A stretch of 62,264 bases of DNA, counting the filler, from Globobulimina sp. (lineage: Eukaryota), in the NCBI GenBank assembly GCA_003354225.1. It is 26 parts of 26 records of this genome, joined end to end, with 100 filler letters (N's around TTAATTAATTAA, not from the genome) between each part and the next. Parts side by side here need not be neighbours in the genome. Positions count along the whole stretch, not along the records: positions 1 to 2,300 come from PIVH01007538.1; positions 2,401 to 4,700 come from PIVH01007539.1; positions 4,801 to 7,100 come from PIVH01007540.1; positions 7,201 to 9,500 come from PIVH01007541.1; positions 9,601 to 11,900 come from PIVH01007542.1; positions 12,001 to 14,300 come from PIVH01007543.1; 20 more parts are not named here. One strand, 5' to 3'. This document shows positions 1-12,090 of this stretch, piece by piece. A program made the position numbers and the translations under genes. Each line of letters opens with the position of its first letter. Position 1 is the first letter of the stretch. The notes beneath the pieces were generated by a model. It saw only the letters and a program-made list of their open reading frames with translations, had not been told where the DNA came from and did not search any database.

Positions 1-369
1 TCTCATTTTAAAATATTTGTTCAATCTGTTTTTCATTAAATCAATCTGTTTACTCCATGGCTTATGATCTGTGCTCATCATCGCAACACTCTCTTTTTGT
101 GGTTGCGGACCGTTTTTCACAATTTTAGCTAACGCACGCACACATTTTCTAAGTTTATTATTTTCTTTTTGTAATCTCTCAATTTCTTTTTGCAATTCAC
201 AAATCTTTGATGGTTCTGCTCGACTAAAATTAATATGTGGTATCGTTGGCAAATGGTTGTTGATTAATTGTTGCCAATGATTTGTTTCTTTATGTATACC
301 ATTCATCAATGTTTGGATACCATTATGTGATAACTTACGTCGTTTATTTGAAGGTTGTCCTAAACTCAT
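1..369 (-). CDS. Hypothetical protein, 3'-truncated; basic NLS-like start and short coiled coil
   Basis: Own translation: open frame from ATG at 369 to the window edge, MSLGQPSNKRRKLS...ICELQKEIERLQKENNKLRK...; absent from the ORF track because it has no stop. Confidence 0.5.
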   Translation of the reverse strand, partial: MSLGQPSNKRRKLSHNGIQTLMNGIHKETNHWQQLINNHLPTIPHINFSRAEPSKICELQKEIERLQKENNKLRKCVRALAKIVKNGPQPQKESVAMMSTDHKPWSKQIDLMKNRLNKYFKMR

Positions 370-1436
370 TATCAAAATATCAGAAAACGATTTTTCTGGA
401 CCAAAACGGGAAAACCGTTAAAATAAATACATGTCGAAACAATGAATGCTTGTTCAGCTTCAGCATATTCTGACAGTGGCACAACAATGATATGGATGAT
501 GATATAATAATTATAAATGAATCAACAGATGATATCCGTGGGCGACATCATCTGATGATTCATATGCCTCTCTATCAGAGAGTGCAGTGTATCAAAAACA
601 ATAAATTTAACAATAAATAGGAAAAGTTGAACCAATTCAAACGTTAACATTACAGCCCCATCACCAAAAAGGAGAGCATGTCAGAGGAAAATATAAATTA
701 TGATCGAGAAATTAAATATTTTGATAGTTCATAGTCATACCGGCAACACGCCGAAAACATCGATATCGGAAAACATGAATGATAATGAAATTGACATATT
801 TTATCTTACTTTTTACGTGTTTCTTTTTCTTTTATCTTTTTATATATATATATCGTATTTAGCATCATTCGATATCGATCGATCATGTTTTGAGCTAATA
901 ACAGTAATGGATTTATCATAATATTACACAATAAAATCATTCTATAGCTCTTTACCTTGAATATCAATATCATTTAAACATTAATTTTAATGATAAATAA
1001 AATCCATAAACATTTATAAATTGCAGCAATTGCCGCGAGTCATTGATTGGACCCAATTGCTACATAATGCTGCACAGAATCAGTCCAACTGAAAAGACAT
1101 TATTATTATTATTGTGACTATATTTATTTTTGATTCTTGTTGACCTTCGTAATGATGAGGTTTCTTTGTGGAGTGAGTGTATTTTGGTGTAGATTTTGCA
1201 ATGTTCGGTGTCGATAATGCACTTTCGCAGTTTCTCTGCTTTGATCATCTGGCATTGAATGGTAGCTATTTATATTGAAAAAGGTTGAATAATATAGTAC
1301 TAATCATTGAAGATGACTTAAGTTGGTCGCCATGCTCGCTAACTATTAATTTAGATAAATTACAAAAATTTTTTTTTTTAATTGCTGAAATGAACTAAAA
1401 GCTAAAATTCTATTGAAACGCGATTTGATTCGAATT

Positions 1437-2300
1437 ATGAAGCCATGGAACAATATTCATACTCCACAAAGAGTTAAGTAATTCAGCTAGTCATATTTTT
1501 ATACGCTTATACGCTTATATTTTTATAATCAGATTGTGTCACACTCACAAATTGCTTATATTGTGGTCCCTCAATTTGATGTCTATCCAATTAATATTCC
1601 ATGCCCACAACCGGTACCTCTAAAATCTCCAGTATTCATATTAAATAATAACGTATGCATTCAGTTCTCTTAAATTCTCTTTTTGTTTTATATAGAATTT
1701 AAATTAGTGACTTTAATATTAATATAAGATTCTGCCGCAAATTGAATTTCAACTCCAGAATAAGAATAAGAATACAAATATACGTCTACTTGGCAACAAT
1801 GCCGAGACACCTCCAAATATACAAATGCAACCACTAATATTTGATGAGCTGCCAATTAATAATCAATCTGTCGATATACGTAATAATAGCAATGGTTTAC
1901 CAGCAATACCATTCGCAGTGCAATCTAATATAATTAATCCACAGTCAAAGTCAATTGCAAGTTGTCATGTTTATAATAATGCTGCAAATAATGTGAATGT
2001 TAACAAATATAAATGTGGAGCATGTAATAAATCATTTAAACATGAAACAAATTTGAAGATTCATTATAAAATACATTCATCGCAAGCATTAATATGTTGC
2101 TTTTGTTTAAAGCGATTTGCGCGAAAAACCAATTACAATCAACATTTGCGAGTGCATACAAACGAGAAACCATTCAAATGCACAGAATGTCCAAAACAAT
2201 TTAAACAAAAACATAGTTTGGTGGATCATTTACGTGTTCATAGTGGAGACAGACCATTTAAATGTGAATTTTGTTCAAAATCGTTTACTGCGAGATGCAA
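1437..2300 (+). CDS. C2H2 zinc-finger transcription factor, 3 exons, 3'-truncated
   Basis: Tandem CxxC-x12-H-x3-H fingers with HTNEKPFKC and HSGDRPFKC linkers; two phase-0 GT-AG introns join MKPWNNIHTPQR and IVSHSQ...NNN in frame to ORF 1825. Confidence 0.9.
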
Positions 2301-2400
2301 NNNNNNNNNNNNNNNNNNNNNNNNNNNNNNNNNNNNNNNNNNNNTTAATTAATTAANNNNNNNNNNNNNNNNNNNNNNNNNNNNNNNNNNNNNNNNNNNN
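2301..2400. other. Artificial contig-joining linker (first of 25; the others start at 4701, 7101, 9501, 11901, 14301, 16700, 19099, 21498, 23897, 26296, 28695, 31094, 33492, 35890, 38288, 40686, 43084, 45482, 47880, 50278, 52676, 55074, 57471, 59868)
   Basis: Identical 44N-TTAATTAATTAA-44N block (stops in all six frames) every ~2.4 kb; contig lengths fall monotonically from 2300 to 2297. Confidence 0.99.
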
Positions 2401-2867
2401 TTTCCAGGCAATGTTTGCAATTGCAATTGCGATATAAATGCAGTCAGTTCCTCTCCAGAAACATAGGCAACATTATCATCAGCAACATGCGCAATATTAA
2501 CAAATCGAGTTTGACTTAAATCACTTAATTGAGTCATAGGTTGCATAAATATTCCTAAAGCGTCACCATATTTCTCTTTAATTTGAGGCACAAACTGTTC
2601 TATCACGAGAAAAATAATTAATTCAAGATAATGCTCCATAATATTTTCTTGTAAAAATGTAGCGAAATCTAAATCTAAATCTTGATTCGACATTTTATCC
2701 TTCGACTCGGATATGATTTTTTTTAATTCGCCAATCACCGATTCGCTTAAATTGAATTCTCTCAACATTTGGCTAAATTCCTCTAAATCGAGTGCACCAT
2801 TTTCATCCAAATCAAATTTACCAAATAAGTTTCCATTGTCGACGGTTGTAATTGAAGCAGTACTCAT
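2401..2867 (-). CDS. EF-hand protein, 3'-truncated
   Basis: Canonical EF loop DLDENGALDLEEF near the N-terminus; further degenerate loops follow. Confidence 0.7.
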
Positions 2868-3002
2868 GTTTCGGTAATATTAAAGGGGTTGGAAAAAATG
2901 AGCCTCAGCTATTAATAATTCTATTATAATACAAAAACAAAAAGCAAAATATATGTACATAATATATATACATAGTATACAAAAAAGCAAAACATATAGC
3001 AA

Positions 3003-4700
3003 TCAACATTGATCATCAGAGGACTCTGATGCAGCATTTACAGCTTCATATTTTATAATCTTATCATAACTAAATACATTCCATAATATGGCAATTGATA
3101 ACATTATGACCATTAACATTACCATTATAAAAGCAACAAAAAGTAAGGATATTTTATGATTATTTTTATTACCAACATCTGTACATAGACCCATTACACA
3201 TTTAACATTTTTTGATTGCAATTGCCAGTCTTTACATTCCCTATCAACTATACAATAATCGCCTAAATCATTGAATGGGCACATATTAATATCTGTATTC
3301 ATACATATTTTTTTTGGACCCCGTGGTGAACCATAACAACATTCACTTTCTTCATCATAATCAATATGACATTGGAACGAACTTAAACAACGATAACTAT
3401 TTCTATTCAATTGCAAACCGACTGCATTAATATCAATCTTGTCACATTTCAAAACAACATCATGTCCCATACCACAATGACCAAACTCACCCATATCGTC
3501 ATACAAATTTCGCTCATCATCCAGCTGCAATCTGCCATATTGATTTATATATTTTTTACTTAAATCCACCACATCACTCAAAATATGCAAAATATTTATT
3601 GCATTATGTCCCTGGTCATCGCGATCATAAATGCCATCAAAAACTGACGAATATCTGGCTCGACACGAAAGATCCTCAAAGGGCGACATATAAATACATT
3701 CCCTGTATTGGCACATGACATTATTGGTGTAATCGCCGGCGCCGTAATGTATTTCAATGCCGCAATGTTGATAATTATGTGGTTCCACCCAAAAAGGTAT
3801 CCGTGGGAAAGGATCATCACTATCAACTATCCGATAAAATTTATAATCAAAAACATCATTAACCAAAGCTGCGAACGCATCGTTTCCAACTCGCGATTGG
3901 CCAAACGTATAAATCTCAATCTCAAAATCGCTCGTCAACGCTCGACCGCGTGTATTATAATAATATGCATATAAATCTAACACAAATATATTCATTAACG
4001 AAGCACCAAACGAATAGCCAGTTACATACACCTTATAATCGCGATAATTATTATTACCTATCACTTGTAATACATATTCATAAAAACCACTATTTCCTTT
4101 CACATAATCATAAACAATGCTGTATGCTGCCATAATTTTCACGCTTTTGTCAATGTTGTGAGAGAACAGAGAGATGTCCTCTTTATCCCATGCCACTTGA
4201 CACATACTCGAATCTGTTAATTTCATCAAATAACTCAACATTGTGGCGGTTGTACTGCTCGCTCGAGATGCGATCACTATGTTTCTCTGTACATCATCAA
4301 CAGCAACGATTACGCGATAAGTACCCCAATCTGTATATTATATATTTGTATATTGTATATTATTATTTGTATATATTTATTGTATATCGATGTATATAGT
4401 GTATACTGTATATATGTATACTGTATACTGTATATAATGATATTTAGTATGTAGTCAACCTTTATCCAAATCCGCATCCGCTTTATACACATTATATAAT
4501 TTACGCATTTCTGAAAATGCATGTTTTAATTGCTCTTTTGTTCCGCTATCGGCGTGATACAGAAAATTTGAATCGTTTTCTAAAAATAAACATTCAACAT
4601 TTTGAGTTACACTGTCGACGCTGTTTTCAAGTTTGCCAATTCCGCCCAAATCTAATGTAAATACTTGGTAATTGGTATAACACGTGTGGTATAAGTATCA
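3003..4700 (-). CDS. Class-3 lipase-like protein with Cys-rich region and C-terminal TM helix, 5'-truncated, intron at about 4331-4458
   Basis: IVIASRASS (cf. IVVAFRGT), VTGYSFG nucleophile elbow, YTFGQSRVGN, DPFPRIP, YQHCGIEIHY; hydrophobic ISLLFVAFIMVMLMVIMLSIAILW. Confidence 0.85.
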
Positions 4701-4800
4701 NNNNNNNNNNNNNNNNNNNNNNNNNNNNNNNNNNNNNNNNNNNNTTAATTAATTAANNNNNNNNNNNNNNNNNNNNNNNNNNNNNNNNNNNNNNNNNNNN

Positions 4801-7100
4801 GAGACCTCGCAGAGGAAGCGAAGGCAGTGAATGAAAGTATTGAATGCGAACTCGATTCTCAAGAAGATCAAACTGAAATCAAACGGTCAGCAATATTTCG
4901 TAAAGAAGTAAACACAGTTATCGGATTATCAAAAGATGCTTTACAAAAAATTGAGACCGAATTTGAAGCTCGTAAACAGACCCCTATTGTACCTCAAGTT
5001 AATCAGAACGATCAAATGATGCAAATTTTGTTAAAACATATGGAAAATACTGATAAAAGAATTGATCAACAAATGCAACGCGCAGACCAACAAATGCAAT
5101 TACAAAAGGAAACATCGGATAGACAATTGTACATACTTTCAGAGGAATTAAAAAGGCAAAGTTCACAAGTAAATAAAACGCTTGAAACACAAACAGTTAT
5201 ACTTGACAAATCAAACGAAAATAGTCAAAGTAAAAACGGTAACAATACAGTAAAATTACCTAAATTATCTATTCAACCCTTCTATGGTGACATCTTGCGT
5301 TGGCCAGAGTTCTGGGACGCTTTCAATTCGACAATACATACAAATGAAGGGTTAAATGACATCGACAAATTCAACTATTTTAAAAGTTTCCTCCGTGGCA
5401 GTGCTTTGGATATGTTAAGTAGCATGCACGTTTCAGAGGCTAACTATAAAATCGCAATAAATATGTTGATTGATAAATATGGTAACACAGATGTGATTAT
5501 ACAGGCTCATACTCAAAAATTATGCGAATTGGTGACGGTGACAGAAAATCCGATGCAACTTGAAAAATTCTATAGTGAAGTTGAAAGTCATATACGCAGT
5601 TTGGAAATGTATAGTCAAAATGTTACAGACAATCCATTTATAATCGAACTCATTTTGACAAAACTACCCGAAAATATGTGTAATAAATTACGTCGGAATG
5701 TAAAGGGTTTAGTAGCAAAGGAGGCGTTAAAACACATATTAGACAAATTGAAAAGGAAAGTAAACGAAAATCAAATAGTCGGGAGTAAATCATATACGGT
5801 CGAAAACGAAAGGTCTTCGAGTAGAGTAGAGTTATTTCGAGACAGACGACCATATATGGAAAAGCCACAAATAAAATCGATGAATGTCGCAAACGTTGAC
5901 AGACAATATGTGCCAACAAGTCATAAATTCGATCAATCATATCTCCATGAGGATAGACAATGCGTTTATTGCAAAAAGATTCACTTTTCGAGTGCATGTA
6001 GGACAATTCCCGATATAGATAATCGAAAAGGAATATTACAAAAAGAAAGTAGATGTTTTCGTTGTTTGGGAAACGATCATCAAATAAATAAATGTCCATA
6101 CAACATCGTATGCTATTACTGTAAACAAAGTAATCATCATAGTAGCATATGTTTTCGAAAGTTTCCACGTAAGGAATTGGACAGTAAATTACCACATGAC
6201 AAAATGCACTCTATAGTTACAAATGAGGTAGACACAAACAATGATGTCAAAATTAACGCAGACATAAAAAATGAAATCAAAAATATAATCGAAACCGAAG
6301 TGGGTAGAATGCACATGGGAATAGAAGACTTGATTGAAACTCGATTAGATTCGATAGACGTGATTAAGTCAGAAAACACGGGCATTTTACACATGACAGA
6401 AACAGAAAGTAAACGAGATGTTATGCTATTGACAGCTTACGTTGACGTGAAAAATTTAAAAACAGGTAGAATACAAAAGGGTCGAATATTACTGGATCCA
6501 GGTAGTCAACGTACAATCATCAAAAGATCATACAGTGAAATTTTTGAATTAGAGCCTATAGATCATGAAAAAATAACGATATCCGGGTTTGCACAGAAAA
6601 TTCCTACAACTGATACTTTTCCGTTAGTAAAATTTGGCGTAAAGACAGTTAATCATGGATTTAAAACAATCGAGGCAATCGTTAGTGATCGTATAACACA
6701 TGATATCAAACAAATGCCATTAAATATAGACAAGTATCCTTGTCTGAAAGATGTTAAGCATTTTGCACAGCCATTGATAGACGAGGTACGGTATTTTGAA
6801 ATCGATATATTGATAGGCAACGACTATTGTTTTGAGTTGATAAATAACCGAGCTCAGTACAAAATGGACGATGGTTTATTTTTGATTGAGACACAACTCG
6901 GTCATATGGTTGCCGGAAGAATTGCACCCGAAAGATTTTATCGACGACCGATAGTAGAAAATATTATTATTTGTCATAGCGAAAATGGGGAATACAGTTC
7001 TCAGGACACCCCAAGAGACAAAGAAACAAAAATGGTTATTGACAGTAAACTCAAAAATGCAACGGGAGATAACGGTTTTCATGAAGGCACTCCTTTTGAC
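4801..7100 (+). mobile_element. BEL/Pao LTR retrotransposon Gag-protease polyprotein fragment
   Basis: KLPKLSIQPFYGDILRWPEFWDAF...DKFNYF (DUF1759-type Gag); three zinc knuckles CVYC..H..C, CFRC..H..C, CYYC..H..C; protease LLDPGSQRT and IDILIGND; intronless open frame across the contig. Confidence 0.92.
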
Positions 7101-7200
7101 NNNNNNNNNNNNNNNNNNNNNNNNNNNNNNNNNNNNNNNNNNNNTTAATTAATTAANNNNNNNNNNNNNNNNNNNNNNNNNNNNNNNNNNNNNNNNNNNN

Positions 7201-8048
7201 AATATAGGTGCTACAATCCAAGTGATTGCTCTGATTGCAAATATTATACCAAACCCAATCCCTTGCTCAGATTTCATCAAATATTTGGCGACCAATCCAT
7301 TTGCAACCGGACCTGATATCATTCATTCCCAATGCCAACAATATACCACTTATTACCACAAATATCAAATGCGGCAAAAATGAAATGATTGACATAAAAC
7401 CAAATGCAATCACTGATAATACACATCGATATCCAATGCATAATATATTGATATCGGATACATTCAATTCTTGTAACTTTGGCAAAATATAAACATTTCC
7501 AACTAATAATCCAACAGCGGCAGAAATTAAGAAGACACTGCTTACAATCATGGATTGTGAGTCATCATTCACATTCATCGCAAAAAATAGCGCCACACCA
7601 ATCCATGCCACAAAAGGATGCGCTGTCACTTTACATAATAGCTTTAAGGGATTGAATAACTTTTTTATATCATATTTTTGACGGACTTCCTAATTGCATT
7701 CCATCTGGCGCTCAATGGATAATTATATGAACAGGTTTCATTCTCAATTTCTTCTGATGTGCAATTTGCAAAATATTTTGCTGACCAACTGGGCATAAAT
7801 GTTGCTGGCATATAACCCGCGATAACCCATAAAAATATCAATGGAAGAAGGGATAATAAATGTTTTTCTAAACATATTTGTTTCAATTTGCTTACCACGG
7901 ATTTATTATTTTCAACCATTGTTATTGGCTTTTCATTGGTTCCCTGACTTCCGTCACTTATTTCGAATAGGTTTGAGTCAGTGCTAGAATTCGTTTGGTC
8001 GTCGATTACTTGATTTATTTTAGCGATATCTGAGTCTGATGTGTACAT
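7201..8048 (-). pseudogene. MFS transporter pseudogene (internal deletion plus frameshifts)
   Basis: TM segments lie in shifting frames: ...SARWNAI / NPLK-LLCKVTAHP / LALGM then MISGPVANGLVAKYLMKSEQGIGFG after an ATGA duplication; the N-half helices are missing. Confidence 0.65.
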
Positions 8049-8312
8049 TGTTAATTTGGTTCAGTTATTGAGTTTTTAAGATGTTTTCACTGTACTTCTT
8101 AATGAAACCCTTTAAAATAATGTTTGTCTGCTTATTTGTATTATTTACATATACAGATCCAACCATCGATTGAAAGCATATGATTGTACGGATAGTTACG
8201 CTTCAAAAGTTATATTTTATGTTTGTCGGTGGGTTATCTATCTATACAGTATACGGTGGGTACCAATGCAACATCCTTTCACAATCCACGTCTCCTTTTT
8301 CTTATACACCAT

Positions 8313-9500
8313 TTATTTTAATTTCTTTTTAATGCCTAGGTTTTTCATTTCTAGCTCAATCTCATCCACTTTATCACTCCTTTGATTATTATGATAAATA
8401 TGCCGTAACAACGTGTATGCTCCAGCAACTTCTGCAACATTTGCATTGTTTATTAAATATTCTATTCTATCATTAAAAATATGTTGTGCTCGTAGCATAT
8501 CATTATGCACCCGGCACGAAGACAGCAATGATGATAAAATTGAACATCTATATTTACAGTCTAACTCATCCCAATATTCATTATACAAATTCTCTGCTTC
8601 CTGCAAATGATTTTTCCTTCCAAAGCAATCAATCATTGCATTCACAATATTGCCATTCTTATATGCAATCTCATTAAAAATACATTTTGCTTCATCCACT
8701 AAACCAGAGTGGGAACAGCCATTTAAAACAATGCTATACATAATATTTGGTATTCTAATTTTTTGTTCATTTTTAATTTTATTAAACAATGGTAATAATT
8801 TATCAATATGTCCACTCTTTGCGTAAAAATCCATAATTGCACAATAAATATTACCGCTCCTATCATCATCCAACAAATCAGTGTTGATATTATCAAATAT
8901 GCTCAGCACAGTCTCTGTTTCTCCTGTTTTTGCATAAAATCGTATTATTGCTGCTTGCACATTGACATCATATAAAATATCTGCATTTTCTCTCGTTTCT
9001 AAACGATTAATAATGTGTAAACCTTCATTGATTAATTCAGTGTCGGCACTGCAACCGCATGCATCTAATGCTATACTATAACAGTATGCATCACGTTGTT
9101 TAGTATCATATTTATAAAATAAACTCAATGATTCATTGTACCGTTCATGAATATTATATACATTCATCATTGCACGAACCAACGCATTATATTTATGCTT
9201 TGTTTCCTTTGCAATGCTGTTAAATATATCCAACGCGGCATTAACATCTCCAATGCGGCCATAAAAGTCAATCACTGTGGTTATATATTCAACACTGTGA
9301 TCATTAATGTTGTTAAAATATTTGTTAATGATTTGTTTTCCTGTAACAAATTGATTAGTATTTATGCACGCTTTTAAATATAACAAATGTAACACATCAT
9401 CATGTTTTTTAGTGTTACTTTGTTCATAAATAAGCATACATTGTTTGTATTGTTGGTTATTATTTAACTGTTTCATCATTACACCAATTGATATGGTGCT
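8313..9500 (-). CDS. PLS-class pentatricopeptide repeat protein with E1/E2 extension, no DYW domain; probably 5'-truncated
   Basis: PPR repeats (VIDFYGRIGDVNAALDIF, IMDFYAKSGHIDK), L2 motif GCSHSGLVDEA, S2 motif MIDCFGRKNHLQEA, E motifs SLLSSCRVHND and AYTLLRHIY...EMKNLGIKK. Confidence 0.9.
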   Translation of the reverse strand, partial: STISIGVMMKQLNNNQQYKQCMLIYEQSNTKKHDDVLHLLYLKACINTNQFVTGKQIINKYFNNINDHSVEYITTVIDFYGRIGDVNAALDIFNSIAKETKHKYNALVRAMMNVYNIHERYNESLSLFYKYDTKQRDAYCYSIALDACGCSADTELINEGLHIINRLETRENADILYDVNVQAAIIRFYAKTGETETVLSIFDNINTDLLDDDRSGNIYCAIMDFYAKSGHIDKLLPLFNKIKNEQKIRIPNIMYSIVLNGCSHSGLVDEAKCIFNEIAYKNGNIVNAMIDCFGRKNHLQEAENLYNEYWDELDCKYRCSILSSLLSSCRVHNDMLRAQHIFNDRIEYLINNANVAEVAGAYTLLRHIYHNNQRSDKVDEIELEMKNLGIKKKLK

Positions 9501-9600
9501 NNNNNNNNNNNNNNNNNNNNNNNNNNNNNNNNNNNNNNNNNNNNTTAATTAATTAANNNNNNNNNNNNNNNNNNNNNNNNNNNNNNNNNNNNNNNNNNNN

Positions 9601-11836
9601 CAAGATGGCCAAGATGTCAATGCAGCGGATCCAGGAGTTGAGAGAGAGTCTGTCGCCGTAGGCCACCAACGCGCTGTTGATAGTCTGCATGGCGCAGTTC
9701 CGCACATCAGATCTGCCGTCGACGCAGAGCACTTGCAACTGTTTGAAGATGGCCACTTGCAAACCATCCGCGACCTCTTCGGTCAGCTGTTCCTGGACAG
9801 CTATGTTCTTCTTACTTTTCGTGATTAAGGTGATGTGGTCCGATATTTTCCATAGCAAACCGATGGAGGAATAGCTGATGTTGTTATCGGCAGTCTGTTT
9901 GCCGAACAGTCCCACCGTTTTGATCAAGCCTAGGATGCAAAAGTTGGGCAAACATTCCATGAAATCTGACGAGATTAAGCGTACGTCGTCGAATGCCAAT
10001 TTCAAACACGTCAATGTCACCGTGTGGTGGTTTTCTGTGCTCGGCACATAGTTTAAGAGCTGGGTGTTGCATATGTAATGTTTGTGGATTAAAAATGGGG
10101 AAAACAACATACTTCGACAATGGTGGGCCAGCCTGCTGATATTTTGTCGCCCGCAGTTTCCAGCAACTCACTGACAGCGCGGATCACTCGCTCCCTCGTA
10201 TCGGCATATTTGGAGCGGAATAATTTCAAATATGGACTGAATAATCGCTTCTGCAATTTGTCCTTTTCTATGTCATTGGTTTTACTCTCAGACACTGCAT
10301 TTGTGGCTGATATGGGCGACACAGCTTTGTTAAGCTCGTTGTTATATGGTTTGATTAGTCGTTTTTGTTTCGGTTTCTTTCTGTTTCGATTATCTTTGCC
10401 AGGATCTGTCAATACTTTTAATTGGATGCGGATTAATGTTTTAATTCCAAAGTGCCGCAAAGTGGAATTTTTAAAGTTCATAATAACGTGCAAATGGGCG
10501 ATGACATGGTCCCAGATTTTGTCCAAGCGATAGATGTTCACTTCGATGGTCTGCACAAATTTGCGCAACGCGAAACTCTTTACTTTATCCACGGAGATCT
10601 ATCGACACATATTTCGAAATCAGGGCAGTTTCTTTGAAAACAACTGGCAAAGTATATCGATTAAAGTTTAGTTTTCAAAGAAAAAGCAATGATTTTGATT
10701 AAAGCATACAGCATCGTCAGAAGATAGGATATTTTTATTCGTGTTGGATATGCGTTTAATACTGCTCTGCGACGATGTGCTCGATGTCTTATCCAAAGTG
10801 GTGGCCAATCCCGCTAAGGAAGACGACGATAAATGGCCCAAAGCAGCCAACAGTTCACATAATGAGCCATCGTCGAGATACTCGCTGGAGTCAAATAGCT
10901 GCTGCAATCTGAAAATGGTTATAGACTGCATGTAAAAGGGCAGTCACATTCACCAAAAACGCTTGGAAAGTACCTGGAGTCCAACATATTCACTTCATCA
11001 TTCCAATGCGAATCGGGCGAAATAATATTATTGTCAATGTCCACCAACTGTATATTTTGGCGATGGAAGATGTAATCCAATTTCTCAAAGGTCTCCAATA
11101 ATACACTCCATGCGGAGCCCAATATGGATCCCAATCCGTGCGCAATATTTACCAACGCGTGGATGGTGCACACGTTCTTGATCGACAGTTTTATCGTTGG
11201 CACGGTGGAATTCACATCATTTTGCTGCACAAATGAGATATTGCCATGCATCGAAGCCGCAGCAGAGCCGTTATTCAGTTTAGGTTCCACAGAGTTTAAA
11301 TTGCTGGAACTGACATTCATGTCATTGGTTAGATTATTCCCAGCAAACATGTCCTTATCTCGGCTCAATTTGTACAAAAGATCACTAAATGTGTAATTAA
11401 AGAAAGGATGAGGCAGTCCATGCTCGCTCATGGAGGACAATAAGCGTTCCAATGGCTTCGTTAATTGGATCCGGCCACATATTCTTGCCGTGGTTTGATA
11501 AATACTGTATACCACATATCACGCACAAAATCGTTGAAAAGGCAGACATGCAACAAAAGTTAATACATACCTCAATAATTGCTGATACTGCGATTCTTGA
11601 ACACTGTGTGACAACATATGGCTCAATGCAGCTAACAACGGCTTCCACACTACCTCCACCATATGACGTGCAATGTCCTTGGAGACATCCAAGGTGATAT
11701 CCTGATGGTTCTCCATATCTTCAAAGACAATGCCATCATAACGCGGCGGATAATTCGTAGTCTCAATCACCGGAGAATCCATTGCTTTGGGCGTGTCGCT
11801 GGGGGCACGCGGCGATGTCGGTGGTGACGAGGACAC
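9601..11836 (-). CDS. MON2: MON2 (Sec7/Arf-GEF-like Golgi-endosome protein), internal fragment with at least 4 introns
   Basis: VWKPLLAALSH, ALVNIAHGLGSILGSAWSVLLETF, WDHVIAHL, AFDDVRLISSDF, QTADNNISYSSIGLLW, DGRSDVRNCAMQT; the consecutive ORFs splice in frame through GT-AG introns. Confidence 0.9.
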
Positions 11837-12000
11837 ATTGCATACAAAGGCTAAGCCTATTTATACACATACAGTGTGATAGTGACATTGGGTCAAGGTT
11901 NNNNNNNNNNNNNNNNNNNNNNNNNNNNNNNNNNNNNNNNNNNNTTAATTAATTAANNNNNNNNNNNNNNNNNNNNNNNNNNNNNNNNNNNNNNNNNNNN

Positions 12001-12061
<61 letters not shown>
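12001..12061. repeat. Poly(A) homopolymer at contig edge
   Basis: 61 consecutive A. Confidence 0.95.
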
Positions 12062-12062
<1 letters not shown>

Positions 12063-12090
12063 CAAAAAAAAAAAGCAAGATTTCAACAGT

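Noticed and set aside
2345-2356. Regularly spaced TTAATTAATTAA palindrome as a biological repeat
   Set aside because: Always centred in 88 Ns; it is an assembly-concatenation linker
9601-11836. Programmed frameshifting or pseudogene in the fragmented MON2 ORFs
   Set aside because: Each break is explained by a canonical GT-AG intron that restores the frame
12001-12075. Retrocopy poly(A) tail or poly-Lys/poly-Phe coding tract
   Set aside because: The run lies 5' of the gene on the sense strand at a contig edge; most simply a homopolymer that broke the assembly
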